DNA of 64,000 nt from Bacillota bacterium. Lineage in GTDB: Bacteria > Bacillota > Clostridia > Acetivibrionales > DTU013. Each line of letters begins with the position of its first letter. Position 1 is the first letter of the stretch. The DNA is taken from NCBI GenBank assembly GCA_023412915.1, contig JAEZRE010000001.1, forward strand, positions 23,040-87,039, in the 5' to 3' direction. Of this stretch, positions 9,960-19,599 are shown piece by piece. Under the pieces are notes generated by a model that worked only from the letters and a program-made list of their open reading frames with translations, did no database searches and had not been told where the DNA came from. A program made the translations under genes and the position numbers.

Positions 9960-10172
9960 ATGAAGGAAAATATCCATCCGAAATACGGAGAAGCGGTTGT
10001 AAAATGTGCTTGCGGGAATACTTTTGTGACAGGTTCCACCAAAAAGGAACTGCATGTTGAAATATGCTCAAACTGTCATCCGTTCTTTACGGGAAAACAA
10101 AAGCTTGCTGATACAGGCGGACGTGTTGAGAAGTTCAAGAAGAAATATGGTATCGTAGACGAACGCGGTTGA
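9960..10172 (+). CDS. rpmE: 50S ribosomal protein L31 (Zn-ribbon type A)
   Basis: [27 protein letters not shown] is the canonical L31 sequence, with both CxxC pairs present. Confidence 0.95.
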   Translation: MKENIHPKYGEAVVKCACGNTFVTGSTKKELHVEICSNCHPFFTGKQKLADTGGRVEKFKKKYGIVDERG

Positions 10173-10207
10173 TCAATATTTGAAAAATGTATTTAAAGAT
10201 GTTACAC

Positions 10208-10242
10208 TAAAGGCTGAAGATTGATTCGGCCTTTATTTTTTT
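10208..10242 (+). terminator. Intrinsic terminator after rpmE
   Basis: Stem AAAGGC / GCCTTT followed by ATTTTTTT. Confidence 0.6.
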
Positions 10243-10393
10243 AATGGAACATGGCTAAATTGCCGGGCAGCGTAATTAAAGAAGCTTATGTGCTTGCGCA
10301 ATAAAGCCTTGCGAAGCTTTTAGCAACAGGACGGGAAGTCACCGGGGGTCTGGCCTGGCAGGCGACAGTTCTGCCGGGTTTTTGGAGGGTTGT

Positions 10394-11320
10394 ATGAAAA
10401 AAACAACGATAGGCGGGCAGGCATTATTGGAAGGTCTTCTGATGATGGGCCCTGAAAATATAGCGATAGCGGTACGCAAGCCGGATGGCGAGATAGTGCT
10501 CGATAAAAAACCGCTGCCAAAGAAAACGCCGATAACGAAGGTTCCTTTCGTCCGCGGAAGCGTGAACCTTTTCAGGCAGATGGTCGTCGGAGTGAAAGCG
10601 CTGATGTACTCCGCGGATTTTGTGGAGCTTGAGGACGAGGCGGATAAAAAGCCGTCAAAAATTGATGCGTTTATAGAAAGAACGTTCAAGGACAAGGGAA
10701 AGGATGCCGTGATCTATTTTTCCGTTATCATCGCTCTTGCGATGAGCATCGGACTGTTCATCCTTCTGCCCAATGTTCTGGCCGGTTTGGTAAACCTGAA
10801 GAAAGAAGGTTCGGGAGTCATACTGTACAATCTTTTTGAGGGCGTCATCCGTATACTGATATTTTTGGCTTACATTTATCTTGCCACTAAGTTGAACGAT
10901 ATCAAGCGCGTATGGATGTACCACGGCGCCGAGCATAAGACCATCCATTGCTACGAAAACGGCGATGAACTGACCGTTGAGAATGTCAGGAAATATTCGA
11001 CGCATCATCCGAGATGTGGTACATCGTTTCTGTTTCTTGTTATGATCGTGAGTATAATAGTGTTTTCGTTCCTGGGTTGGCATAACGCGCTGTTGAATGC
11101 TCTCCTCCGGTTGCTTATGATACCGGTCGTAGCGGGGGTGGCGTATGAAATACTACGTTTTGCCGGCAGGCATACCGACTGGCTTGTCATGAGGATCGTA
11201 AACGCACCCGGCATGCTGTTCCAGTACCTGACCACAAGAGAGCCCGACGATTCCATGATCGAGGTTGCCATAGTCGCCATGGAAAATGTTATTGTCAGGG
11301 ACGATTCGGACAAATGGTAA
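10394..11320 (+). CDS. DUF1385 (YqhQ-like) membrane protein
   Basis: MKKTTIGGQALLEGLLM.., with HGAEHK and HPRCGTSF motifs. The rpmE-DUF1385-prmC synteny is conserved. The start was trimmed to the ATG after a GGAGGG RBS; the track starts at 10382. Confidence 0.8.
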   Translation: MKKTTIGGQALLEGLLMMGPENIAIAVRKPDGEIVLDKKPLPKKTPITKVPFVRGSVNLFRQMVVGVKALMYSADFVELEDEADKKPSKIDAFIERTFKDKGKDAVIYFSVIIALAMSIGLFILLPNVLAGLVNLKKEGSGVILYNLFEGVIRILIFLAYIYLATKLNDIKRVWMYHGAEHKTIHCYENGDELTVENVRKYSTHHPRCGTSFLFLVMIVSIIVFSFLGWHNALLNALLRLLMIPVVAGVAYEILRFAGRHTDWLVMRIVNAPGMLFQYLTTREPDDSMIEVAIVAMENVIVRDDSDKW

Positions 11321-11458
11321 CAGGATGGAAGCAAGCGTGAAAGGAAGTACAAACGTGCCGGCGGGATGCTTTGAGCCGGCGGGAAGAAATATAATGGAGC
11401 GACAGAAAAAATGCCGTGAAACGGCGTTAAAAACTGCAGTAGACATTGGGAAGGCAAG

Positions 11459-12337
11459 ATGACTTACAGCGAAGCATTAAAAGCAGGCATACAAATATTG
11501 AAAGCCGTGAATAACGAGGCCCCGGCGGCAGATGCCGGGGCTCTGCTATGTGCTGCCGCCAAATGCGGCCGGGTTTTCCTGTATTCACACGGCGACAGCG
11601 TTGTGAGGGAAGAGGACCTGCAGAAGTATCTGGCTGCCCTTGAACAACGTGCGCAGGGCTATCCGTTGCAGTACCTGACGGGTACACAGGAATTCATGTC
11701 CCTACCCTTCGAGGTTGGTCCGGGAGTACTCATCCCGAGACAGGAAACAGAGCTGTTGGTTGAGACGGTGATCGACTACTGTGAAAAGAGGGCGTCATCG
11801 GAAGGTACGGCAGGCGGCAGGCCATTTCGCATCCTCGATATCGGGACGGGCTCGGGCTGTATTGCAATAAGCCTGGCGCGTTACCTTCCGGGCTGTGCGA
11901 TTATGGCGGTCGATAAAATGGAGGACGCGTTGGCGATTGCCAAAAGAAATGCCGTAAAAAACAGTGTCGACAGCCGAATCACTTTTATAAAAGGTGATTT
12001 GTTCCAAAATGTCGTAGGAGAAGCCTTCGATGTTATCGTATCCAATCCTCCGTATATACGCAGCGATGTGATTTCGGGTCTCATGCGCGAGGTCCGGGAA
12101 TACGAACCGCATACAGCTCTTGACGGTGGAACCGACGGACTTTATTTTTACAGGGAGATAACCTGCAAAGCTCACGCTTACCTTAAAAAGGGTGGGCTGC
12201 TTGCTTTCGAAATCGGGTATGATCAGGCTCTTGACGTAGTCTCGCTGATGCCTCCCTATTTTGTTAACATAAAGACTTTCCAAGATTTATCCGGCATGGA
12301 CAGAGTCGTGTCCGGTACCTGTATAAGCATGTCTTAA
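11459..12337 (+). CDS. prmC: Release-factor glutamine N5-methyltransferase
   Basis: SAM motif ILDIGTGSGCIA, catalytic NPPY (VSNPPYI) and the PLQYLTGTQEF motif. Confidence 0.9.
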   Translation: MTYSEALKAGIQILKAVNNEAPAADAGALLCAAAKCGRVFLYSHGDSVVREEDLQKYLAALEQRAQGYPLQYLTGTQEFMSLPFEVGPGVLIPRQETELLVETVIDYCEKRASSEGTAGGRPFRILDIGTGSGCIAISLARYLPGCAIMAVDKMEDALAIAKRNAVKNSVDSRITFIKGDLFQNVVGEAFDVIVSNPPYIRSDVISGLMREVREYEPHTALDGGTDGLYFYREITCKAHAYLKKGGLLAFEIGYDQALDVVSLMPPYFVNIKTFQDLSGMDRVVSGTCISMS

Positions 12338-12338
12338 A

Positions 12339-12348
12339 TTGTATACAA
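12339..12348. promoter_or_regulatory. 10-bp palindrome TTGTATACAA (distal copy)
   Basis: Perfect palindrome immediately after the prmC stop codon. An identical copy lies 94 bp downstream in the ech promoter. Confidence 0.3.
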
Positions 12349-12428
12349 AGTTCAATCCATAATTTCCTAGCCTGCTCATTTCTAGGCATTATAAGCATTT
12401 CGCATTTTAAAAAAAATAAGTTTTTGTG

Positions 12429-12457
12429 TTGATTGTATACAACAATTATAGTATTAT
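12429..12457 (+). promoter_or_regulatory. Candidate ech operon promoter with an embedded TTGTATACAA palindrome
   Basis: TTGATT (12429-12434), 17-nt spacer, TATTAT (12452-12457). The palindrome at 12433-12442 overlaps the -35 box and the spacer. Confidence 0.45.
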
Positions 12458-12489
12458 AGTGTGGTTGATTAAAAGAAAGGAGCCTGCTT

Positions 12490-14454
12490 GTGGAAACGTA
12501 TTTATTATTAGCTATAGCAATATTACTGCCTGTGCTCTGTGCGGGTCTTTGCTCAATAATCAGGGGCAGGAACGGCCGAAGCGTCATAGTGGCGGCAGCG
12601 TTGCTGGTAATGTCAGTTGTTGCGATACTGCTCGTCGGCAAGATCACGGCAGCAGGCGGCAAACTGGTGTTGGGGCTGGAATCGCCGGTCGATTTCAACC
12701 TGATCATTGAGATACTTGATATTGCTTTGATCGCTTACATTATTTATATAGGATTTTCTCTGAAGAAAATGCTTATATCCACGCTTGCAGCCATTCAGCT
12801 GATTGCGGTACTGCTCTTTGAAATATTCGGATCGGTAAAGGAACCTGAGAAGGTGTTCATGCTCGATTATCTGTCATTGATAATGGTGCTGCTGGTTTCG
12901 ATCGTCGGTCCTCTGGTGGCGGTTTTTGCGCTCGGTTACATGCACGAGCACGAAGAACACCAGCATATGAAAAAATCGAGGCAGCCGAGGTTTTTCTTCA
13001 TAATTTTCATATTCCTCGGCGCGATGAACGGACTCGTTGTAACGAACAATCTCATGTGGATGGGCTTTTTCTGGGAAGTTACGACAGTCTGCTCGTTCCT
13101 GCTGATATCGCATGACAAGACCGAAGAGGCTGTCAGAAACGGTGCAAGGGCCTTGTGGATAAACCTGGTCGGAGGTATCGCCTTTGTATTGGGTACTATC
13201 ATGATTTACAACGTAACAGGTACTCTTGCTATCGATGAGATAATCAGCGCAAAGCCGGCGGCCGCATTTGCAGGCTTATTGCCTATCGGGCTCGGTATGC
13301 TGTGCCTCGCGGGCTTCACCAAATCGGCGCAGTTCCCGTTCCAGAGCTGGCTGCTCGGCGCAATGGTAGCGCCTACGCCGGTTTCAGGCTTGCTGCATTC
13401 AAGCACAATGGTCAAGGCGGGCGTTTATCTGGTCGTCCGTTTTGCACCGGCATTTGCGGGAACCATACTCGGTACGATCGTTGCTATAGTCGGCGGCTTT
13501 ACCTTCGTGGTGGGGTCGGCGCTGGCAATCAGCCAGAGAAATGCAAAGCGCGTGCTTGCATATTCGACTATCGCAAACCTCGGACTTATTATCTGCTGTG
13601 CGGGTATAGGCACTAATATAGCGCTCGGCGCGGCAATGCTGCTTATCGTGTTCCATGCGATCTCCAAAGGATTGCTGTTCCTTTGCGTCGGTACGATCGA
13701 GCACGGAATCGGAAGCCGTGATATAGAAGATATGCAGGGCTTGATGAAAAAAATGCCGTTTACGACGGTCATCACGGTTGTCGGTATGATCTCCATGCTG
13801 CTGCCGCCTTTCGGAGTATTGATGACAAAATGGCTTTCCATTGAGGCTGCGGTTCATCTGCCTATAGTGCTTGTGCTCATTATCCTGGGCAGTGCGTTTA
13901 CGGTATTTTTCTGGGCGAAATGGATCGGTATCATACTGACCATGTCATATAAGACCAGTTTGCGGGTGGAAAAGCTTAGAGCGTCTGTAAAGACTGCGCT
14001 GACAATCCTCACGCTGTTCGTGCTCTCGGCTAGTATACTGATAGTGCCGCTGTTTAATACGTTTGTTGCTCCGCAGCTTTCGATGGATGCGCTTGGCGAT
14101 ACAACTACGCTGACAAGCGGCAACGGCGGGATATGGCTCGGTAATGGCAACGTTCTCCATATGGGAGGATTCGCGTCGATAGGCTTCTTCATAGTGTTGT
14201 TTGCGATAGTTTTGACTATACCGATCTTCATCCGCAGGACAAGGCCCGAGAAGATCAAGCCTCCGTATATGGGCGGCGAGAATGTAAATGACGACATCAG
14301 GGGTATAGAATTCATGGGCCCTGCAGATAAAGTGGAGAGCGTCATCGTTCACAATTACTATTTCAAAAACCTGCTCGGTGAGGAGAGGCTGACACTGGTT
14401 GTCAACCTGATCGCAGGAGCAATTATTCTGATAATGTTCGGGGTGGTGATATAA
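12490..14454 (+). CDS. echA: Ech hydrogenase subunit A (NuoL/M/N-type antiporter-like membrane subunit)
   Basis: 654-aa polytopic protein with the proton-pumping-subunit signature (SAQFPFQSWL, HSSTMVKAGVYL). It is the first gene of a six-gene Ech-type operon. Confidence 0.85.
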   Translation: METYLLLAIAILLPVLCAGLCSIIRGRNGRSVIVAAALLVMSVVAILLVGKITAAGGKLVLGLESPVDFNLIIEILDIALIAYIIYIGFSLKKMLISTLAAIQLIAVLLFEIFGSVKEPEKVFMLDYLSLIMVLLVSIVGPLVAVFALGYMHEHEEHQHMKKSRQPRFFFIIFIFLGAMNGLVVTNNLMWMGFFWEVTTVCSFLLISHDKTEEAVRNGARALWINLVGGIAFVLGTIMIYNVTGTLAIDEIISAKPAAAFAGLLPIGLGMLCLAGFTKSAQFPFQSWLLGAMVAPTPVSGLLHSSTMVKAGVYLVVRFAPAFAGTILGTIVAIVGGFTFVVGSALAISQRNAKRVLAYSTIANLGLIICCAGIGTNIALGAAMLLIVFHAISKGLLFLCVGTIEHGIGSRDIEDMQGLMKKMPFTTVITVVGMISMLLPPFGVLMTKWLSIEAAVHLPIVLVLIILGSAFTVFFWAKWIGIILTMSYKTSLRVEKLRASVKTALTILTLFVLSASILIVPLFNTFVAPQLSMDALGDTTTLTSGNGGIWLGNGNVLHMGGFASIGFFIVLFAIVLTIPIFIRRTRPEKIKPPYMGGENVNDDIRGIEFMGPADKVESVIVHNYYFKNLLGEERLTLVVNLIAGAIILIMFGVVI

Positions 14455-15314
14455 TGAAATATTTGCCGGAAATAATTACAGCACTGATAACAATAATCGC
14501 CGCTCCTATAATTGGCGGACTGCTGACAGGAATCGACAGGAAGCTGACCGCCCGCATGCAGAACAGGATCGGACCGCCGATACTGCAGCCGTTTTATGAT
14601 TTCATCAAACTGCTCGGCAAGGAAAAAATTACGCTGAACCAGACCCAGATGGTCTATGTACTGTGTTATCTGCTTTTTGCCATAATGTCTTTGATGATGC
14701 TGGTGTTCAAACAGGACCTGCTGATGCTGTTGTTCGTACTGACGTTTTCGAACCTCTCGCTGGTCATCGGCGCAACAAGCGTTAGATCGCCCTTCAGCAA
14801 GATCGGCGCGCAGAGGGAGATAATCCAGATGGTAGCGTACGAGCCCGTTATCCTGATGATGACGGTCGGTATCTACCTGACTACGAAAAGCTTTATGATC
14901 GAAAGTATTTTTCAGCACAATCAGCCTATGATCGCAAATCTGCCTCTGGTTTTTATTGCATTCGTGTTCGTGCTGACGATCAAGCTGAAGAAATCGCCTT
15001 TTGACTTCTCCACTTCCCATCATGGGCACCAGGAGCTGGTAAAGGGTATTACGACAGAGTTTTCGGGTCCCCAGCTTGCGTTGATCGAACTGACGGACTG
15101 GTATGACCTGGTATTGCTTTTGGGAATGATTTCACTGTTTTTCGCTAAGCCGTTATGGGTAGGAATACTAATAGCCCTCGTGTGTTATTTCCTGGAGATC
15201 GTGATAGACAATATCAGCGCCAGGGTCACTTGGAGATGGATGTTGAAAATCGTATGGCTGTTCGGCATAGGGGCTGCGTTGACCAATATCATCTGGCTCT
15301 ATGCAAGACGCTAA
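14454..15314 (+). CDS. echB: Ech hydrogenase subunit B (NuoH-like membrane subunit)
   Basis: 286-aa membrane protein with RMQNRIGPP and the SPFDF..HQE motif typical of NuoH/HycD. It overlaps the echA stop codon by 1 nt. Confidence 0.85.
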   Translation: MKYLPEIITALITIIAAPIIGGLLTGIDRKLTARMQNRIGPPILQPFYDFIKLLGKEKITLNQTQMVYVLCYLLFAIMSLMMLVFKQDLLMLLFVLTFSNLSLVIGATSVRSPFSKIGAQREIIQMVAYEPVILMMTVGIYLTTKSFMIESIFQHNQPMIANLPLVFIAFVFVLTIKLKKSPFDFSTSHHGHQELVKGITTEFSGPQLALIELTDWYDLVLLLGMISLFFAKPLWVGILIALVCYFLEIVIDNISARVTWRWMLKIVWLFGIGAALTNIIWLYARR

Positions 15315-15343
15315 TTTTGATGAGTGAAAGCTGGTGTGAATAA

Positions 15344-15826
15344 ATGGGTAATATATTTCAGAATATAATGAGTAAGTCACGTAAAAAATCGCCGTGGATC
15401 GTGCATTTCGATTGCAATAGCTGCAACGGCTGCGATATAGAGACACTTGCCTGTCTCACACCCTTGTACGATGTGGAGCGGTTCGGGATCGTGAATGTTG
15501 GAAACCCGAAGCATGCCGACGTCCTGGTGGTTACCGGGTCGGTAAACAACAGGAACGTGCGCGCGCTGAAGAACATTTACAATCAGATCCCAGAGCCGAA
15601 GGCTGTTGTAGCTGTTGGCGCCTGCGCCTGCTCCGGCGGCGTGTTCAAGGAATGCTACAACGTGTTGGGCGGGATCGACAAGGTACTGCCAGTCGACGCT
15701 TACGTACCGGGCTGCTGCCCGAGACCCGAGGCTATTATCGACGGCATCGTTATGGCTGTAGGCAAAATGGATGAAAAGGCTGCGAAAATGAAGGAAAGCC
15801 GAAACTTGGAGGCTGTGAATGATTGA
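15344..15826 (+). CDS. echC: Ech hydrogenase small subunit (NuoB-like, [4Fe-4S])
   Basis: Cys ligands are CNSCNGC, GACACSGG and PGCCPRPE. Confidence 0.9.
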   Translation: MGNIFQNIMSKSRKKSPWIVHFDCNSCNGCDIETLACLTPLYDVERFGIVNVGNPKHADVLVVTGSVNNRNVRALKNIYNQIPEPKAVVAVGACACSGGVFKECYNVLGGIDKVLPVDAYVPGCCPRPEAIIDGIVMAVGKMDEKAAKMKESRNLEAVND

Positions 15827-16205
15827 GAATGTGAAGGAAATAACCGTTCAGGAATTGCTCGGTGAAGTACAGAAGCTGCATTATGAAGGCTACAGATTTG
15901 TTACTGCAACCTGTGTCGACAATAATAACGACACGCTGGATCTGTATTATCACTTCGACCTGGATTACAAGCTGACGAACCTGAAGCTTACGATAAACAA
16001 AGGAACCGCGGTTCCGAGCATATCGAAGATCCTTTTCTGCGCGTTGCTCGTGGAGAATGAGATAAAGGAGCTTTTCGGCGTTAATATCGAAAACCTTGTT
16101 GTCGACTACGGCGGGCATCTACTGTTGTCGGACGGAGCGCCCGACAATCCGATGCTCAGACAGCAGATCACAATAGTGAAAAAGGGGGAAGATAAAAATG
16201 CCTAA
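15819..16205 (+). CDS. echD: Ech hydrogenase subunit D (NuoC/30-kDa-like)
   Basis: 128 aa with the ENEIKELFGV motif, positioned between the small and large subunit genes. Confidence 0.75.
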   Translation: MIENVKEITVQELLGEVQKLHYEGYRFVTATCVDNNNDTLDLYYHFDLDYKLTNLKLTINKGTAVPSISKILFCALLVENEIKELFGVNIENLVVDYGGHLLLSDGAPDNPMLRQQITIVKKGEDKNA

Positions 16206-17274
16206 GACGGTTATACCATTCGGACCACAGCATCCGGTACTGCCGGAACCCCTTCATCTGAAGCTGGTCATGGAGGACGAAAAGATTGTCGAGGCTATTC
16301 CTGCAATAGGATATGTACACAGGGGCCTTGAAAAGCTTACCGAATTGAAGGAATTTACACAGAACGTATATGTTGTCGAACGTATTTGCGGCATTTGCAG
16401 CTGTATGCACGCTCAGGCATACTGCCAGGGAATAGAGGAACTCATGGGCATACAGGTGCCTGACAGGGGACGTTACCTCAGAGTTATCTGGGCAGAGCTC
16501 CACAGGATACACAGTCATCTGCTGTGGCTGGGTCTTCTTGCCGATGCGTTCGGCTTTGAGAGTCTGTTCATGCAGGCATGGAGAGACAGAGAAAAGATAA
16601 TGGATATAATGGAGGAGACTGCTGGCAGCAGAGTAATAATATCGGTCAACACGATAGGCGGTACAAGGCGTGATATTTCTCCGGAACTGCTGACCAAGAC
16701 GAAGGTAATACTCGACGACGTCAAGCAGGATCTTGAGAGGCTGGAGCCGGTATTCTTCAACGATTATACAGTGAAACACAGACTTGTGGGCGTCGGAGTG
16801 CTGTCGGAGAAGGATGCGCGCAGGCTCGGTACTTGCGGACCGATGGCAAGGGCAAGCGGCATTGTGATGGACCACAGGACTACGGGCTACGCCGCATACA
16901 ATGAACTGGAATTCGAGCCCATAGTCATGAAGGACGGGGACAGCTATGCGAGAACAGTCGTCAGGCTGAAAGAAGTATATCAGTCTATCGATCTGATCAA
17001 ACAGGCTATCGACAAGCTTCCCGGCGGTGAGACAGCGGCGCCGTTCAAGGGCTTCCCGACGGGCGAAGTTATATCGAGAGTGGAGCAGCCCAGAGGCGAA
17101 GTGCTGTATTATCTCAGGGCAAACGGAACGAAAAATCTTGAAAGAATGAGAGTAAGGACTCCCACATTTGCGAACATACCGGCGCTTCTCAAGATACTCC
17201 CGGGCAGTGAGCTTGCAAATGTGCCGATACTTATTCTGACGATAGACCCCTGTATCAGCTGCACAGAGCGCTGA
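16198..17274 (+). CDS. echE: Ech hydrogenase [NiFe] large subunit (NuoD-like)
   Basis: N-terminal Ni-binding RICGICS. C-terminal DPCISCTER at the extreme C-terminus, with no cleavable extension, as in group 4 hydrogenases. Confidence 0.9.
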   Translation: MPKTVIPFGPQHPVLPEPLHLKLVMEDEKIVEAIPAIGYVHRGLEKLTELKEFTQNVYVVERICGICSCMHAQAYCQGIEELMGIQVPDRGRYLRVIWAELHRIHSHLLWLGLLADAFGFESLFMQAWRDREKIMDIMEETAGSRVIISVNTIGGTRRDISPELLTKTKVILDDVKQDLERLEPVFFNDYTVKHRLVGVGVLSEKDARRLGTCGPMARASGIVMDHRTTGYAAYNELEFEPIVMKDGDSYARTVVRLKEVYQSIDLIKQAIDKLPGGETAAPFKGFPTGEVISRVEQPRGEVLYYLRANGTKNLERMRVRTPTFANIPALLKILPGSELANVPILILTIDPCISCTER

Positions 17275-17399
17275 ACGGGTCGGCGCCGCAATAACGCGGC
17301 TGCGGGACCGGGACGTATGCGGGGGCGTACGAACCCGGATTTGTATGGCGGACAGCGCGATATATGGAGTCGGAATGTAATAGATGGAGGTAAAAAGAT

Positions 17400-17792
17400 A
17401 TGTTCGATATGATAGGCAATGTTGTTAATAACCTTGTTACGAAGCCCGCCACGCGGAAATATCCGTTTGAAAAAAGGCCTTCGTTCAACAGGACAAGAGG
17501 CCACATTGAAATCGAAATAGATAAGTGTATTTTCTGCGGGATGTGCAGCAGGAAATGCCCTTCGAACGCCCTTACGGTCAACAAGGCTGAAAAGAGCTGG
17601 GAGATAGACCCCTTCAAGTGCATAATCTGCAATGAATGCGTGGCGGTTTGCCCGAAGAAGTGCATCCTTGGCTGCGAGGACTACAATACCTCGGCACAGG
17701 TCAAGGAAAAGAGAAAATACGTGCAGCAGCCAAAGCCTGTTTCGGAGCCTGTTAAGGAACCCGATAAGGAAGAGAAGAAAATTATAGCCTAA
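17400..17792 (+). CDS. echF: Ech hydrogenase 2x[4Fe-4S] ferredoxin subunit (NuoI-like)
   Basis: Two CxxCxxCxxxCP motifs (CIFCGMCSRKCP and CIICNECVAVCP). Confidence 0.85.
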   Translation: MFDMIGNVVNNLVTKPATRKYPFEKRPSFNRTRGHIEIEIDKCIFCGMCSRKCPSNALTVNKAEKSWEIDPFKCIICNECVAVCPKKCILGCEDYNTSAQVKEKRKYVQQPKPVSEPVKEPDKEEKKIIA

Positions 17793-17805
17793 AGAGGTAT
17801 TAGTT

Positions 17806-18147
17806 GTGCATGAATATGCAGTAACCCGCAATATAGTAGATATTGCGGTAAAGGAAGCCAAGGCGGCGGGCGCCGGCAGGATCCTTGAAATAAGGCTTGT
17901 CATAGGCGACCTGTCGTCCATAATTGACGAATCGGTAAGCATGTATTTCGACATCATAAGCAAGGATACAATAGCAGAAGGTGCAAAGCTGGTTTTCAAA
18001 AGAATGCCGGCTTTGTTTTTATGCAAGTCCTGCGGAAGGGAATACGAAAAGCCCAGAAGCGGTTTCGACTGCCCGCATTGCGGCGGAGAAGGCAGGCTGA
18101 CCGACGCGGGCAGGGAATTCTTTATCGAAAGTATGGAGGTTGATTAG
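17806..18147 (+). CDS. hypA: Hydrogenase nickel-insertion protein HypA
   Basis: N-terminal MHE motif and a Zn site formed by CKSC..CPHC. Confidence 0.9.
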   Translation: MHEYAVTRNIVDIAVKEAKAAGAGRILEIRLVIGDLSSIIDESVSMYFDIISKDTIAEGAKLVFKRMPALFLCKSCGREYEKPRSGFDCPHCGGEGRLTDAGREFFIESMEVD

Positions 18148-18783
18148 ATGGAAATAAAAGTGATGCAGAACATAATGGGCGCCAATGAAAAATTGGCCGG
18201 GGAGCTGAGGACCTACCTCGACGCTCACGGTATAACTGCTATAAACGTCATGGCGTCCCCGGGCGCGGGTAAGACTTCCGTGATAATGAAGCTGATGGAG
18301 CTTTCAAAGCGCCGTTTCAGCGTTATCGAAGGAGATATAGCCTCGAGTATAGACGCGGAAAAGATCGACGGGATTGGAGTCCATGTAGTGCAGATAAATA
18401 CAGGCGGAGAGTGCCACCTGGATGCGAATATGATCAGGACGGTCATTAATGGCGACGGCGCTTTCGACAACTCCGTGCTTTTTATTGAAAACGTCGGCAA
18501 CCTTATATGCCCGTCTTCCTTCGACCTTGGAGAAAAAGTGAAACTCGTGATAGCAAGCGTTCCCGAAGGACATGACAAACCTTTCAAGTATACATCCATG
18601 TTCAGCGCGGCGGATGTTATAATACTTAATAAGATGGACCTCATGCCCTACATAAAGTTCGACAAGGAGGCCTTTTACAAAGGTATCGCGGCGGTAAACG
18701 ACAGGGCGAGGATTTTCGAAGTATCCTGCGCTACGGGCGAGGGCTTCGATGAGTTGGTAAAATGGCTCGACGGGGTTAAGTAA
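18148..18783 (+). CDS. hypB: Hydrogenase accessory GTPase HypB
   Basis: P-loop SPGAGKTS, ENVGNLICP and NKMDL motifs. There is no N-terminal His stretch. Confidence 0.9.
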   Translation: MEIKVMQNIMGANEKLAGELRTYLDAHGITAINVMASPGAGKTSVIMKLMELSKRRFSVIEGDIASSIDAEKIDGIGVHVVQINTGGECHLDANMIRTVINGDGAFDNSVLFIENVGNLICPSSFDLGEKVKLVIASVPEGHDKPFKYTSMFSAADVIILNKMDLMPYIKFDKEAFYKGIAAVNDRARIFEVSCATGEGFDELVKWLDGVK

Positions 18784-18807
18784 ATCGGGCATAAATGGAG
18801 GTCAGTT

Positions 18808-19566
18808 TTGATATTCAAGGAATTCGGGGATAAAAACAAGCCGGCCATCATTCTTCTTCACGGCGGCGGATTGTCTTGGTGGTCATTCAAACCGCAGATA
18901 GAATCGCTACAAAAGGATTATTTCATTGTAACGCCTATTATCGACGGGCATGGCGATGATTGGAACAATACTTTCATAAATATAGGTAAATCGGCGGAAC
19001 GGGTTATAGATTATATCAAAGACAATTTCAACGGGAAGGTTCACGCAATCTGCGGTCTTTCCCTCGGCGCTCAGATTGTTACGGAAATCCTGTCGCGAAG
19101 CAGCAATATTGCGGATAACGCGGTAATAGAAAGCGCTTTGGTCTATCCTTTAAAATTTGTGACCGGATTAACCGTACCGATGTACAATCTTTGTTACGGT
19201 TTGATCAAAAAAAGATGGTATGCTAAATTGCAGACCGGGACCTTGAACGTGCCCGAAGAACTATTCGAAGCCTATTATGAGGATAGTTCAAGGATGACGA
19301 AGGAATCTCTGATCAACATTACTAAAAGCAACGGGGATTACTCGATACCTCCGACGTTGGGCAAAACCACGGCGAGGACGCTGATATTGGTTGGCGAGAA
19401 GGAATTGCCCGTGATGAAGAGGTCTGCAAAGGCATTGCATGACACTATAAACGCCAGTCATTTAAAAGTCGTTAAGAATGCCGGACATGGTGAGATCAGC
19501 CTGCTTCGGACAGAAATGTATTTGGACTTGCTTAAACGCCTTTTTTCCGATTCGCTGGATAAGTAG
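18808..19566 (+). CDS. Alpha/beta-fold hydrolase
   Basis: HGGG oxyanion motif (ILLHGGGLSWW) and nucleophile elbow GLSLGA. TTG start after a GGAGG RBS. Confidence 0.7.
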   Translation: MIFKEFGDKNKPAIILLHGGGLSWWSFKPQIESLQKDYFIVTPIIDGHGDDWNNTFINIGKSAERVIDYIKDNFNGKVHAICGLSLGAQIVTEILSRSSNIADNAVIESALVYPLKFVTGLTVPMYNLCYGLIKKRWYAKLQTGTLNVPEELFEAYYEDSSRMTKESLINITKSNGDYSIPPTLGKTTARTLILVGEKELPVMKRSAKALHDTINASHLKVVKNAGHGEISLLRTEMYLDLLKRLFSDSLDK

Positions 19567-19599
19567 TAAAATGGCAGTTGAACGGCTGCCGCCGGACCG

